From a virus, in IMG/VR virus record IMGVR_UViG_3300028781_000008: DNA of 44,256 nucleotides; one strand, 5' to 3'. Shown here piece by piece: positions 35,966 to 44,256 of this stretch. The position numbers and the translations under genes are program-made. Positions within the stretch are counted from its first letter, which is position 1. Each line of letters starts with the position of its first letter. Under the pieces are notes generated by a model. It did not search any database, had not been told where the DNA came from, and was given only the letters and a program-made list of their open reading frames with translations.

Positions 35966-36891
35966 CACACTTTCTCCAATTGAGAATTCAATAGATCCAT
36001 CAAGGTAAGATTGATACTGTACTTTGTTTCTTCAATGTTGTCAAGCTCTTTTTGACTTACTGGTTTGAGTAGATATTGATTGCTCAAAGTACAGGTGCCA
36101 AAATAAGTACATTGTCTATAAAAGCTATAACAGCTCTCACCGCGCATCGGGAAAACTTCTGCAGCTGAATACATATTGATAGTTTCAATGTCTAGCAAAA
36201 GCTCTTGGATCCAGAGTGCCCGCTGCAAATAACTCTTTGCGTATGGTCGGAGTTCGTACTCATGTGTCTTTTTCTTGTAGGGCAAATACAACACTTCGTA
36301 ATCACTCAATCCTGGGAAGATTGCGTCAAGAACAATACTATAACCAATGGCTTGTGCGGAATTTTTATAGAGAGATTCATCAATATCATTAAGACCTGTT
36401 GTCTTAACTTCCAAGACTGCCACTCTATCTGTGAATTTATTTCGCAATACTGCGTCGACGTAACCTCTATACCGAAAACCATCAGGGAATTCAATGACGA
36501 ATGAGAGCTCACAGGCTGGTTTTCCTTCGTGAAACACCAATTCGTAGTCTTCCAAAAATCCAGCTTTTCGCATTCCAATAAATTTCTGTACTGCATACAT
36601 TGCAAGCCAGAAAGATTCTTGTTGCTTTTCGGCTTCGTCAAATAGATCAACATCCCATTCTTGAAATATAGCAAAGAATATCTCTTGCTCAGACTTTCCT
36701 TCAAAGCACAACTGGATTCCCAATCCGACGCAATGACCAAATGCAAAGGTGGTAATAGATTCTCGTTCATATGTACCTCTCATTTTATCTAGTTGGAAGC
36801 GTCTAGGGCAAGAATGAAGTGTTAAGAGTCCGGAATAAGAGAGTTGGCGTAGTCGAATATCTACCTCAGTTTGATTCTGTGAGTCGCTCAT
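35965..36891 (-). CDS. Cas4-like PD-(D/E)XK exonuclease with Cys cluster (308 aa)
   Basis: N-terminal LHSCPRRF. Core motifs GYVDAVL...VAVLEVKTT (D...ExK) and QAIGY (QxxxY). C-terminal CYSFYRQCTYFGTC. This is the Fe-S Cas4/AddB-type architecture. Confidence 0.85.
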   Translation of the reverse strand: MSDSQNQTEVDIRLRQLSYSGLLTLHSCPRRFQLDKMRGTYERESITTFAFGHCVGLGIQLCFEGKSEQEIFFAIFQEWDVDLFDEAEKQQESFWLAMYAVQKFIGMRKAGFLEDYELVFHEGKPACELSFVIEFPDGFRYRGYVDAVLRNKFTDRVAVLEVKTTGLNDIDESLYKNSAQAIGYSIVLDAIFPGLSDYEVLYLPYKKKTHEYELRPYAKSYLQRALWIQELLLDIETINMYSAAEVFPMRGESCYSFYRQCTYFGTCTLSNQYLLKPVSQKELDNIEETKYSINLTLMDLLNSQLEKV

Positions 36892-37309
36892 AATATCTTT
36901 TACCTAAATAGTCAGAAAGAATTTTAACTGTGACTGGATGTGGAATTTGGTAGCTGAAAGCTAATAAATCTGCTAGAAAATAATACGAAAGGGACGGTTC
37001 TTGTCTACACTCACCGCAAGATAATGTAAGCCCGCAGATATCACTACCAAGTATATTACAACAATTGTAGCAGACAGTGTAGCCGCTATATAAATCAGTT
37101 CTAATATCAGACACATCGTGGATCTTAGCTTGTTTTTCATACCAGTTCTCCATAAGCCAATGGATTGTTTGGATACGTAGTGAGTTATTGGTAGCTGGTT
37201 TTGAAAGCTGATATAAAAATGGGGCCAGAATTCGCAATAATTTCACGGAAGAAACTGGTTGGTTATATGTTTGTAGAGCTACCAACTTAGCCAGACTAGT
37301 TTCTTCCAT
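36866..37309 (-). CDS. Cys-rich hypothetical protein (147 aa), possible zinc-binding
   Basis: CYNCCNILGSDICGLTLSCGEC cluster. It overlaps the downstream nuclease gene by 26 nt. Confidence 0.55.
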   Translation of the reverse strand: MEETSLAKLVALQTYNQPVSSVKLLRILAPFLYQLSKPATNNSLRIQTIHWLMENWYEKQAKIHDVSDIRTDLYSGYTVCYNCCNILGSDICGLTLSCGECRQEPSLSYYFLADLLAFSYQIPHPVTVKILSDYLGKRYYERLTESN

Positions 37310-37339
37310 TTAATTACTCTCTAGGTAAATACGAGCTAC

Positions 37340-37603
37340 TCACAAATCTTCAAGTGTTGTCTTCTTAAGTGATTTACCTGTGCCCTTCTTGGCAATTCCT
37401 GCTAGGATCACTGTATTAGTTTGCTTCATCAAGCCTTGAACTATAATTCCAATCTCTTCTTCAGAGAGCAAAGTAACAATTTCCTCATCTTGTTTTAGAT
37501 TCTGGTGTATTTCACGAAGAAGAACTGGCATAGTCGGGTGAGCTTCTAGAAGCGCAGTCTGAAGTGTACCAACCTTTTCTCTGAGTTGTTCAATGGGGCT
37601 CAT
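37340..37603 (-). CDS. Hypothetical protein (87 aa)
   Basis: SD GAGGAA. Helical. Confidence 0.55.
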   Translation of the reverse strand: MSPIEQLREKVGTLQTALLEAHPTMPVLLREIHQNLKQDEEIVTLLSEEEIGIIVQGLMKQTNTVILAGIAKKGTGKSLKKTTLEDL

Positions 37604-37605
37604 AT

Positions 37606-37857
37606 TTATTCCTCTGAAATATTAGCATATTCTTCAGCTTTCCTTTGTACCAACCAATCAGCTACATCAATTTCGTCAAGGCCTTCAGACGCAGAGTGAC
37701 TACGTTTTGTATAGTTGATTTGCGAAATTGGAAACCAAGAAATTAGCCCATTTATAAAATATCCTGGCATATCGACTTTGAATTTAATAGCTTTCTCCGA
37801 TTCTCCTACTATGAATCCATATAATTTCTTATATGTGGTGGGGCCGCTAGTTCTCAT
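37606..37857 (-). CDS. Hypothetical protein (83 aa)
   Basis: SD AAGGAAAG. Contains GESEKAIKF...ISWFPISQI. Confidence 0.55.
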   Translation of the reverse strand: MRTSGPTTYKKLYGFIVGESEKAIKFKVDMPGYFINGLISWFPISQINYTKRSHSASEGLDEIDVADWLVQRKAEEYANISEE

Positions 37858-37892
37858 GATAATTCTTTCCTTTAAATAGAAAATGCCAGCAA

Positions 37893-38147
37893 CTAAATCT
37901 CGCTGGCACAGACAGATTCTAAAAATGTGTAAGATCTTGTGAGTGTAAGAGTTAATACTGAATTTTCTCTCTTATGTGTGATTCTCATCTTTATTTTACT
38001 CTCAAGCATTTCCAGCTTATATCCTACATCCATATCTTTCTCTTTGATAACTGCTTTTAATACACGTGCATGTAAAGCTCTAGGCACAGCCAGTCTGACT
38101 TTACCTTTCTTTTTAAGCTCCAACCAAGCAGGTTCGTAAGTTCTCAT
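37893..38147 (-). CDS. Basic hypothetical protein (84 aa)
   Basis: ORF after a structured 119-nt intergenic gap. The SD is weak. Confidence 0.5.
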   Translation of the reverse strand: MRTYEPAWLELKKKGKVRLAVPRALHARVLKAVIKEKDMDVGYKLEMLESKIKMRITHKRENSVLTLTLTRSYTFLESVCASEI

Positions 38148-38169
38148 TTTACTTTATGAATCGAAACTG

Positions 38170-38222
38170 ATTTAGTAGAAATGCTATAGGCTTATTGTGT
38201 CTACCCAACACTTCTACTAAAT
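38170..38222. repeat. 11-bp perfect inverted repeat in an intergenic gap
   Basis: ATTTAGTAGAA (38170-38180) vs TTCTACTAAAT (38212-38222), with a 31-nt spacer. A second weak hairpin, GCACCT/AGGTGC, sits at 38223-38247. The element lies between the 240-aa gene stop and the next gene start. Confidence 0.55.
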
Positions 38223-38266
38223 GCACCTGTTCTGAACTGGTAGGTGCCACACCAGCAACACACTTC

Positions 38267-38989
38267 TTACAGAGCTGCCAACATTTCTTCTTCAGAAATA
38301 TTCAGCAGAGTTTCTGCCTTCTTGGTGAGGAATTCAATAACTTCTGTGAACTGTTCTGCATTAGGTGATGCATTCACATAGATACCAAGTTGGGAAACAA
38401 GCTTCTCGATGATAGGTTTCTGAGTTTTAACTTGTGAGAAGCGACCAACAAGAAGCTTAGCAGCCAAGCCAACTTGTTCAATCTTCTTGCCAGTAGCTTG
38501 CGGCATAACTGCAAGATAGTCAGCGGAGAATTCTTCCCACGTCTCTTTAGCAATCCCACCGCCGCGACGTTCTGCTTTCGGCATATTCGCAATTGCTGCC
38601 CACGACACCTTATCAAGCGGGAAATTCTCTTGATTGATATTTTCGTCGTCATTAACAATTGCGCGAGCTTGACCATTTACAACATCGGCCAAAGCTTCCA
38701 GAAGCAATTCTAGTTCCTTGGGACGAGTATCACCGTTGGTGAGAATATCTACTACACCTTCAGCAGAAAGAACTGGCAAGTGCAATTCAACGGTAGGACG
38801 CTTGAAGCCGGTTTCCTTGTCAGATTTAAAGGAGAAACGCATTTCCTTTACATCTACTAGATTGTTGAATTTAGCTACAATACTTGCTTTGAAACCTGCT
38901 TTCTGTTCATCCGTGTACTTAACAGGTTCTACTGCAGTAGCCGTACCTGCATTTGCTTCATTGATTGCTGCTACTTGAGTTTCCGACAT
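38267..38989 (-). CDS. Hypothetical protein (240 aa), divergent paralog of the 217-aa protein at 2303-2956
   Basis: SD GGAG. See 2303-2956 for the shared segments. The tail NISEEEMLAAL resembles an acidic-hydrophobic partner-binding tail. An SSB-like role is inference only. Confidence 0.75.
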   Translation of the reverse strand: MSETQVAAINEANAGTATAVEPVKYTDEQKAGFKASIVAKFNNLVDVKEMRFSFKSDKETGFKRPTVELHLPVLSAEGVVDILTNGDTRPKELELLLEALADVVNGQARAIVNDDENINQENFPLDKVSWAAIANMPKAERRGGGIAKETWEEFSADYLAVMPQATGKKIEQVGLAAKLLVGRFSQVKTQKPIIEKLVSQLGIYVNASPNAEQFTEVIEFLTKKAETLLNISEEEMLAAL

Positions 38990-38991
38990 GA

Positions 38992-39201
38992 TTAAACTCC
39001 ATTCCGTTGGTTAGGGGTTACTGCTTTGCTATGCATAATTCGCATATTATTTTGCTTCGACTGAATGATACGTTTATTACCTTGTCCATCATATTTGTAG
39101 AGAACAACTTCGGGACCATTGCAGTGATCATATGTTGTAGAGGCAGAAAATAGATCAGCTACAATGTCAATAGTAGTACCGCAAGAAGCTACTTCATACA
39201 T
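38992..39201 (-). CDS. Hypothetical protein (69 aa)
   Basis: SD AGGAAG. Its stop lies 2 nt from the downstream ATG. Confidence 0.55.
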   Translation of the reverse strand: MYEVASCGTTIDIVADLFSASTTYDHCNGPEVVLYKYDGQGNKRIIQSKQNNMRIMHSKAVTPNQRNGV

Positions 39202-39251
39202 TTTTCTTCCTGTGAAAGTTATGAGTTATTGGAGGCCGCTTTGGAAATGGT

Positions 39252-39280
39252 ATAGTCTCACAGCAGTGGGCCCTTGTCAA
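39252..39280 (-). promoter_or_regulatory. Candidate sigma70-like promoter
   Basis: Minus strand: perfect TTGACA (39280-39275), 17-nt spacer, GACTAT (39257-39252). It sits in an 88-nt intergenic gap upstream of the 69-aa gene. Confidence 0.35.
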
Positions 39281-39289
39281 GTGGAATTT

Positions 39290-39598
39290 TTACAGAAATT
39301 GTAGCTTCCTTTGAATCTCAATCTGAACTCGTTTCGAGAATTCTTCTGTGAACCAAAACCAGTTAGATTGTATCCACTTCTTAAGATATGGTCTCTGTTC
39401 ATCTCCTAGCTCTGATTTCAATCCAGATGCTAACCATACACAATGTTGCCAAAAGTCCCGATTATTGTATATAGGTTCTGGATGATCTAAATGGAGTAAG
39501 ATAGATTCTTGGAAATCTACAATTGCAAATTCTTGCTCATAACCAATTGTGGAATCTGGTAGACGAGAATCTGCCATGTATTCACCGATGATGCTCAT
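39290..39598 (-). CDS. Hypothetical protein (102 aa)
   Basis: ORF with ATGA coupling to the upstream gene. Confidence 0.55.
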   Translation of the reverse strand: MSIIGEYMADSRLPDSTIGYEQEFAIVDFQESILLHLDHPEPIYNNRDFWQHCVWLASGLKSELGDEQRPYLKKWIQSNWFWFTEEFSKRVQIEIQRKLQFL

Positions 39599-39849
39599 TT
39601 TCTTTTCACTCCTTTGGAAGCCAACTGAGCTGTACCCATATACTTATCCCAAACTTTCTCTCCCACTTGCATTGTCATACCAAATGCAATAAGACATTGA
39701 TTCCAACCTTTCCTGAAATCTTCTCTATTCATTACTCTGTTGGAATTATCTCTTGCATCATGATAGGCAAGTAGAAATGCCCCATCTAGAGTTGCTTGAG
39801 AGACTGTTTCATTCGCTTTAGTTGCTGGATTTTCAGATTCTTTGTTCAT
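39595..39849 (-). CDS. Hypothetical protein (84 aa)
   Basis: ORF with ATGA coupling to the helicase gene. Confidence 0.55.
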   Translation of the reverse strand: MNKESENPATKANETVSQATLDGAFLLAYHDARDNSNRVMNREDFRKGWNQCLIAFGMTMQVGEKVWDKYMGTAQLASKGVKRK

Positions 39850-41597
39850 GATTTTACTTTCTCCAAGAGATAACCAGATTCTACTTTGCCTTTGAAAAAC
39901 TCTGCTTTCTCAGCTAGTGTATTTCCTTTAATTCTCTGACTTAGAATACCCTTTACAAATGTTTCTGGTTCACAAATCACATAAAGTTCTTCTCGTGCCC
40001 TCGTAACTGCAGTGTACATAAGTTCACGGGAAATCATTGTTGCATGAGTATTATGGAGAACAAGAAATACCTTTCTCCATTCAGATCCCTGAGATTTGTG
40101 TACTGTAAGACAGTAACCTAAAAGCATTGCATTCACTTCTGAAGCAGTCTTAATTTGTAACTCTAAACCAGTATCTTGCATAAGTACTGTTATTGTATGT
40201 GAGCATTGTCGTACACGATCTTCAGAATCTGAAGCGGCCAATTCCATCATTCTATCGATATCATCATCACTAGATTCTGAATCATCTATATGGTGAGCAG
40301 TTCCTTGTTCCGCGCCCCAATAATCTAGCGTCGGGCTAGGAGTTGCAGGTTTCGCCCCCATGTATTCTGAATTACGTTTGATATCAACAATGATAGCATC
40401 TTCTTTTTCCACAAGTACTTTATCGCCTACAGAATAATAGAATTTGTTAAATCCAGCAATGATTTCAAACACAACTGCCTTACGCCGCCTAGACAAATGC
40501 TGAGCTATGTGTCGATTCAATTCTTCAGTCCCGAAAGACTTATTAAATGGACATAGGATCATATCCGAATCTGGACTATAAGCGCCTGAATCAATCGCTG
40601 CTATAAAGAATTTAGCTGCTATCATACAACCTAAATCAGCATCTAGTTTCTTTTTCCAAGGATGAATAGTTAGTTGGGAGGGTATTTTCCATTCTTTGAA
40701 TTCAGTAGCTGGAATTGGATTACCAGAAAGAATTCTGTGTGCAAGTCTAATGATTGGTGATTCTAGAGCTTGCCGATAAATCTGTGTTAGTTCAATAGTT
40801 GGGAGTTCAAGCATTTTAAATCCCAATATAGCCGAACCGAAAACTGGAGGCAATTGTTGGATGTCACCAAGGAAAATGAACTGCGGATTATGTGGACACG
40901 CATCGAGAATCTCTTGAAATAGTTCTACTGAAACCATAGATGCTTCTTCAATTTGAATACATTTGATAGAAGCAGGTAATGGATTGTATCTATTCCTAGT
41001 AGCTACAAAAGACATCTTAGTATGAGATTCGCCTGTTTCAGCATCCTCTACAGTATCATAAACTGGTTGATATTCTAGCAGCTTATGTATTGTAATCACA
41101 TTCCCTTTCATGTCGTCTGAAACTGAACGTTGCATATTAGCTACTGCGCGTCGAGTATAAGCTACCGTCACAATTCCAGGAGTGGAATCAGCTAAGTATC
41201 GATGCTCAGTTAGAGTCATAATTCCAGCGATTCCAGTTTCTATGAGTGCAGAATTAATTTGTCTATTTGTTGTTGTTTTCCCTGATCCAGCAGCCCCGAT
41301 TAGAACTAGAGACTGGCCAGAAGCCGCCAGTTCCACTGCTGAAATTTGCTCAGCATTTAGGGTGATTACATTGCCATATTTGTCTATGGATTGTGACCAA
41401 TCATTGTGATTAGGAGTAGTTATTTCTTCAACCGTTCCAATACAACCATTGATTGCTAGATTAGCTTTTTGGACGTCTGTTAGCTCCAAACGCTCCATTC
41501 TCGTTCCTTTGGAACTGTCGCTAACAACTGATTTAGTCTCTTGCTTCAATCTACTGGCAGCTAACAGCTGTCGTATCTTTTCATGATCAATTGCCAT
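39846..41597 (-). CDS. RecD/Dda-like SF1 DNA helicase (583 aa)
   Basis: Walker A LIGAAGSGKTTT, Walker B IQIEEASMV, LGDIQQLPPV and LTVHKSQGSEWRKVFLVL. SD AGGAGAA. Confidence 0.9.
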   Translation of the reverse strand: MAIDHEKIRQLLAASRLKQETKSVVSDSSKGTRMERLELTDVQKANLAINGCIGTVEEITTPNHNDWSQSIDKYGNVITLNAEQISAVELAASGQSLVLIGAAGSGKTTTNRQINSALIETGIAGIMTLTEHRYLADSTPGIVTVAYTRRAVANMQRSVSDDMKGNVITIHKLLEYQPVYDTVEDAETGESHTKMSFVATRNRYNPLPASIKCIQIEEASMVSVELFQEILDACPHNPQFIFLGDIQQLPPVFGSAILGFKMLELPTIELTQIYRQALESPIIRLAHRILSGNPIPATEFKEWKIPSQLTIHPWKKKLDADLGCMIAAKFFIAAIDSGAYSPDSDMILCPFNKSFGTEELNRHIAQHLSRRRKAVVFEIIAGFNKFYYSVGDKVLVEKEDAIIVDIKRNSEYMGAKPATPSPTLDYWGAEQGTAHHIDDSESSDDDIDRMMELAASDSEDRVRQCSHTITVLMQDTGLELQIKTASEVNAMLLGYCLTVHKSQGSEWRKVFLVLHNTHATMISRELMYTAVTRAREELYVICEPETFVKGILSQRIKGNTLAEKAEFFKGKVESGYLLEKVKS

Positions 41598-41657
41598 TGG
41601 TTATTTCTCCTGCTGTGTAGGGAACAAAATATTGGTTTTTGGTGGATAATACAAATC

Positions 41658-41686
41658 AATCTATCATAGATACGATATCATGTCAA
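41658..41686 (-). promoter_or_regulatory. Candidate sigma70-like promoter for the helicase operon, with an embedded operator
   Basis: Minus strand: perfect TTGACA (41686-41681), exactly 17 nt, TAGATT (41663-41658). The spacer is one arm of the 14-bp inverted repeat at 41666-41708. Confidence 0.5.
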
Positions 41687-41708
41687 GCGATTTCGATATC
41701 GTATCTAT
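41666..41708. repeat. 14-bp perfect inverted repeat (candidate operator)
   Basis: ATAGATACGATATC (41666-41679) vs GATATCGTATCTAT (41695-41708), with a 15-nt spacer that contains the -35 hexamer. Confidence 0.7.
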
Positions 41709-41759
41709 TGTAGATTGCTCTGTTTAGCTGAGACTAGGTGGTAAAGAAATGCATCTAAC

Positions 41760-42071
41760 TCAGAATCCAATACTCACAAGTACATATGCTTGCAGGTGGA
41801 ATTCATGCGCTGGTTTACGGAAAGACATAAAAAGTTGTGAGCTAGTTGCAATCTCACTTGGTTTACAGTCTTTATACACTACTAAGTATTCTGTATTTTG
41901 GTGTCGTATAACTCCTGAATGCATTACATGCTTAAAATGTGCTCCAGTCCATCGCAGAATGTAATATTTTTCACATGCCTCTATTTGTTCCTGTGTAAGC
42001 TCGAAGCGGTTAATTAGTGCGTGGTGCATGGTAGATTTGGGAATTCCAAATTTATGAATATGTTCAATCAT
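41760..42071 (-). CDS. Hypothetical protein (103 aa)
   Basis: SD GGAGAA. TAATG overlap with the upstream gene. Confidence 0.6.
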   Translation of the reverse strand: MIEHIHKFGIPKSTMHHALINRFELTQEQIEACEKYYILRWTGAHFKHVMHSGVIRHQNTEYLVVYKDCKPSEIATSSQLFMSFRKPAHEFHLQAYVLVSIGF

Positions 42072-43090
42072 TATAGTTTCTCCAATAGAATCTTACTAGA
42101 ATCACCAGCTATCTCAGCCCCAATTTGTTGTGCAGCTTTCCATTTGTATAGAGCCCGCAAGAATGCTATCTTGGAAGGATAGTTGTATTCTACTGGTTTC
42201 TCCACAGGAGCTGAATCTACCATAGCTAACAAATTAGCTCTTTCTGCTGTGTCTGAATCATCCAAGATTCTATAAGTACCTGATCGAACATCAAAATCTC
42301 CAAGTCCTAAAAGATTTGATTTCTTATCAGCCGCGCTCCTAAGCACATTCATCAATGCATGAGCATAGATAGAACCATGAGGTATTGCATCTTCACAATG
42401 TTCTATCAGTTCAGCCAAATCAGTGTCATTAAGGGAAAATACTGCTTCACCTCGTGCTGCTTTCCTAATGATTGCTTTCCAGTAATCTGCCAGTGGAATC
42501 TGTACACCGTCTACAGGTACTGACCCTGTTGGAAACTCACCAGCTAGTGCTGCCCATTCAGCTAGTTGATTTGCGTAGTTAGCTGGATTCTTGGATGGAT
42601 CTTTTATCATCCGCTCCATTGCTTGTTCACGCCGCACAATTCTATCATGTAGCTGTGCTCGCTTATTTCCTTCTTGGAATCCACGAATGCAGTCACCTAG
42701 AATTGCTATCCAGTGACCTATAGTTTGTAGACTTCTAGTATCTGGAGTCATTACAAAACCTGGATAAGTAAATGCTGGGTGTGTAATTGCGTTAATGGTT
42801 CCTATAGTACGTAATAGGAGTTCCATATTTTGGGCAACTGTAGAATCTAGTGCCGGTACATAAAATGCTGGTACTCTCCAATCTATTTTCCCTGTAGAAT
42901 GCATGAGGGATAGAAATCCTAGATAGGAATCAATCGGAGTTAGTTTCTCAGGCCATCGGCGAGAAATTACAACTAACAGTTTAGATTGTGGGATGGAAAA
43001 CACTGGATGTGCTACTTCGCGCGACTCCAGTGAGAATGGAAAATGTGAAACTTCGTATTCTATACTAGAATACTTACATAGTATCTTCAT
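42071..43090 (-). CDS. Hypothetical early protein (339 aa)
   Basis: Long ORF with SD AGAGG. I recognise no motif. Confidence 0.65.
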   Translation of the reverse strand: MKILCKYSSIEYEVSHFPFSLESREVAHPVFSIPQSKLLVVISRRWPEKLTPIDSYLGFLSLMHSTGKIDWRVPAFYVPALDSTVAQNMELLLRTIGTINAITHPAFTYPGFVMTPDTRSLQTIGHWIAILGDCIRGFQEGNKRAQLHDRIVRREQAMERMIKDPSKNPANYANQLAEWAALAGEFPTGSVPVDGVQIPLADYWKAIIRKAARGEAVFSLNDTDLAELIEHCEDAIPHGSIYAHALMNVLRSAADKKSNLLGLGDFDVRSGTYRILDDSDTAERANLLAMVDSAPVEKPVEYNYPSKIAFLRALYKWKAAQQIGAEIAGDSSKILLEKL

Positions 43091-43100
43091 ATTGCCTCTA

Positions 43101-43352
43101 TTAGATAGGATCTATACCAGTAGTTTTGATATTGCATGCATAGTATTTACTGGTGAAAAAATATGCATATCGATCTGCTAGATTCCATATTTCCAGAAAT
43201 GGGTCTTTGGAGTCATATTCTTTATAGTGGATGTGATCGTAGGGGGAATCTAACAAACAACAAATGTTACCATAATCATCTATTGTTATGAAATGAATCA
43301 ATTCAGGTTCGCGGGTTTCGTATCGTCTATCTGAGCCATGGATAAAATTCAT
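43101..43352 (-). CDS. Hypothetical protein (83 aa)
   Basis: SD AGGAG about 9 nt upstream of the ATG. Confidence 0.55.
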   Translation of the reverse strand: MNFIHGSDRRYETREPELIHFITIDDYGNICCLLDSPYDHIHYKEYDSKDPFLEIWNLADRYAYFFTSKYYACNIKTTGIDPI

Positions 43353-43394
43353 AGTATATAACTCCTGAGAGTTTCTGGGTTAGTTGTTAAAGAA

Positions 43395-43547
43395 TCATTT
43401 ACTACACAACCGCTCGATCGCTGCGCCAAGAAAGCCGCCTAACAAAACTGCTTGTGCATAAGGGTGAACCCCTTGATCTAGCAGCAAGCCAAAGACAATG
43501 GAGTTAAGACCAGCAAAAAACAGCCAGATGATTGTGCGCGAGTTCAC
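43395..43547 (-). CDS. Small two-TM membrane protein (50 aa)
   Basis: Hand-translated. GTG at 43547-43545 lies 7 nt after GGAG; TGA at 43397-43395. Product: (M)NSRTIIWLFFAGLNSIVFGLLLDQGVHPYAQAVLLGGFLGAAIERLCSK. Confidence 0.35.
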   Translation of the reverse strand: MNSRTIIWLFFAGLNSIVFGLLLDQGVHPYAQAVLLGGFLGAAIERLCSK

Positions 43548-43671
43548 TTCGTTTCTCCAAAATAACAACTTCTAGCAAATGCGCTAAAGGACTGATCTAG
43601 ACAGTGGGTAGGATATTGTAGTCTATATCTCACTCCCTAACCCTCTGCTAATCAATCCTTTAAAGCACTTT

Positions 43672-44220
43672 CTATCTTGCTATTGTTGCCATGATTGTGA
43701 GACTGGATGTTAGAGTTCCACTAGTTTCACGTTGCTTACATGCATTTCTAGCTTCCCAAATTGACCATACAATTTCTGACCATCGGTTAATACCAGCAAA
43801 GATTGCAGACCAGTCAGTTTCAGCTGGCGGCGGTGGGGCACAAAAATAAAACATTGTATTCCACAAATCTGATTGATTAGAGATTGGAATAGTAACTGGT
43901 TTCAATGCATGTGGTTTCGCTTTCTGGTATGTATACATCTTACTACCGTGGCCAGTCGGAACTATATAGATGCGACTAGAAGCTACTAAATCTTGTAGAT
44001 ATAGATTGAGTGATCCTCTAGTAGTTCCTAACTCTGCAGCTAAATCATATACATTGAATTGATATGTTGGATGCAAACTAGAAATGTATCCAATTAGTTT
44101 GGATTTGAGAGATACATTTCGTTTAGCTTGTTGCTTGGTAGTTTCTGGTGTGAGATTAGGTGTAGAATCTGACAGTGCTCCGCACAATGGATTATTAGGA
44201 TCTTTAATGGTTGTTGACAT
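43672..44220 (-). CDS. Winged-helix-like DNA-binding protein (182 aa)
   Basis: I use the ATG at 44220, preceded by AGGGGA with 7-nt spacing (MSTTIKDPNN). The track start at 44256 has no SD. HTH-like segment: VYDLAAELGTTRGSLNLYLQDLVASSRIYIV. Its 5' end lies inside the 127-nt terminal repeat. Confidence 0.6.
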   Translation of the reverse strand: MSTTIKDPNNPLCGALSDSTPNLTPETTKQQAKRNVSLKSKLIGYISSLHPTYQFNVYDLAAELGTTRGSLNLYLQDLVASSRIYIVPTGHGSKMYTYQKAKPHALKPVTIPISNQSDLWNTMFYFCAPPPPAETDWSAIFAGINRWSEIVWSIWEARNACKQRETSGTLTSSLTIMATIAR

Positions 44221-44256
44221 CGTGATTTCCCCTAGCTGTCGAGTAGCTGTTAGCAT
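44130..44256. repeat. Terminal direct repeat, copy 2 (contig circular-closure overlap)
   Basis: Identical to positions 1-127. Confidence 0.9.

Overview
This window is a complete, circularly closed dsDNA phage genome. The first and last 127 nt are identical, so the unique length is 44,129 nt of the 44,256 nt given. It is low-GC, tightly packed and podovirus-like. The gene set resembles the T7 supergroup, but I see no phage RNA polymerase, integrase, tRNA or CRISPR array.

Two arms diverge from an ORF-poor control region at about 2957-3871.
- Rightward late arm (3872-28061): terS-like, terL, portal, scaffold, major capsid, adaptor and tail proteins, a beta-helix tailspike, a GH24 lysozyme with small membrane proteins, three internal/ejection proteins (one of 1657 aa), two signal-peptide proteins and a permuted papain-like peptidase.
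- Leftward early/replication arm: runs 2956 to 141, crosses the contig junction, and continues 44220 to 28134. It encodes a wHTH protein, a RecD/Dda-like SF1 helicase, a Cas4-like PD-(D/E)XK nuclease, an AAA_24/Sak4-like ATPase, DUF3310, a family-A DNA polymerase, a P-loop helicase, MazG, a DEDDh exonuclease and a DUF2829/Tad2-like protein.

The arms converge on a hairpin terminator at 28106-28135.

The most unusual content is in the accessory stretch 141-3871:
- a ~310-bp multi-block imperfect palindrome with TAACTAACT iterons (1981-2293);
- a ~730-nt ORF-free, repeat-dense region (3140-3871);
- an alanine-repeat protein encoded by a ~240-nt GCN tract;
- a cluster of tiny membrane and lipoprotein genes;
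- one of two divergent paralogs (217 aa and 240 aa) that share a conserved EEML-type C-terminal tail.

All product calls rest on motifs I recognise by eye plus synteny. No database search was possible. Starts were adjusted where the ORF track used TTG or GTG and a better ATG with a Shine-Dalgarno (SD) motif exists.
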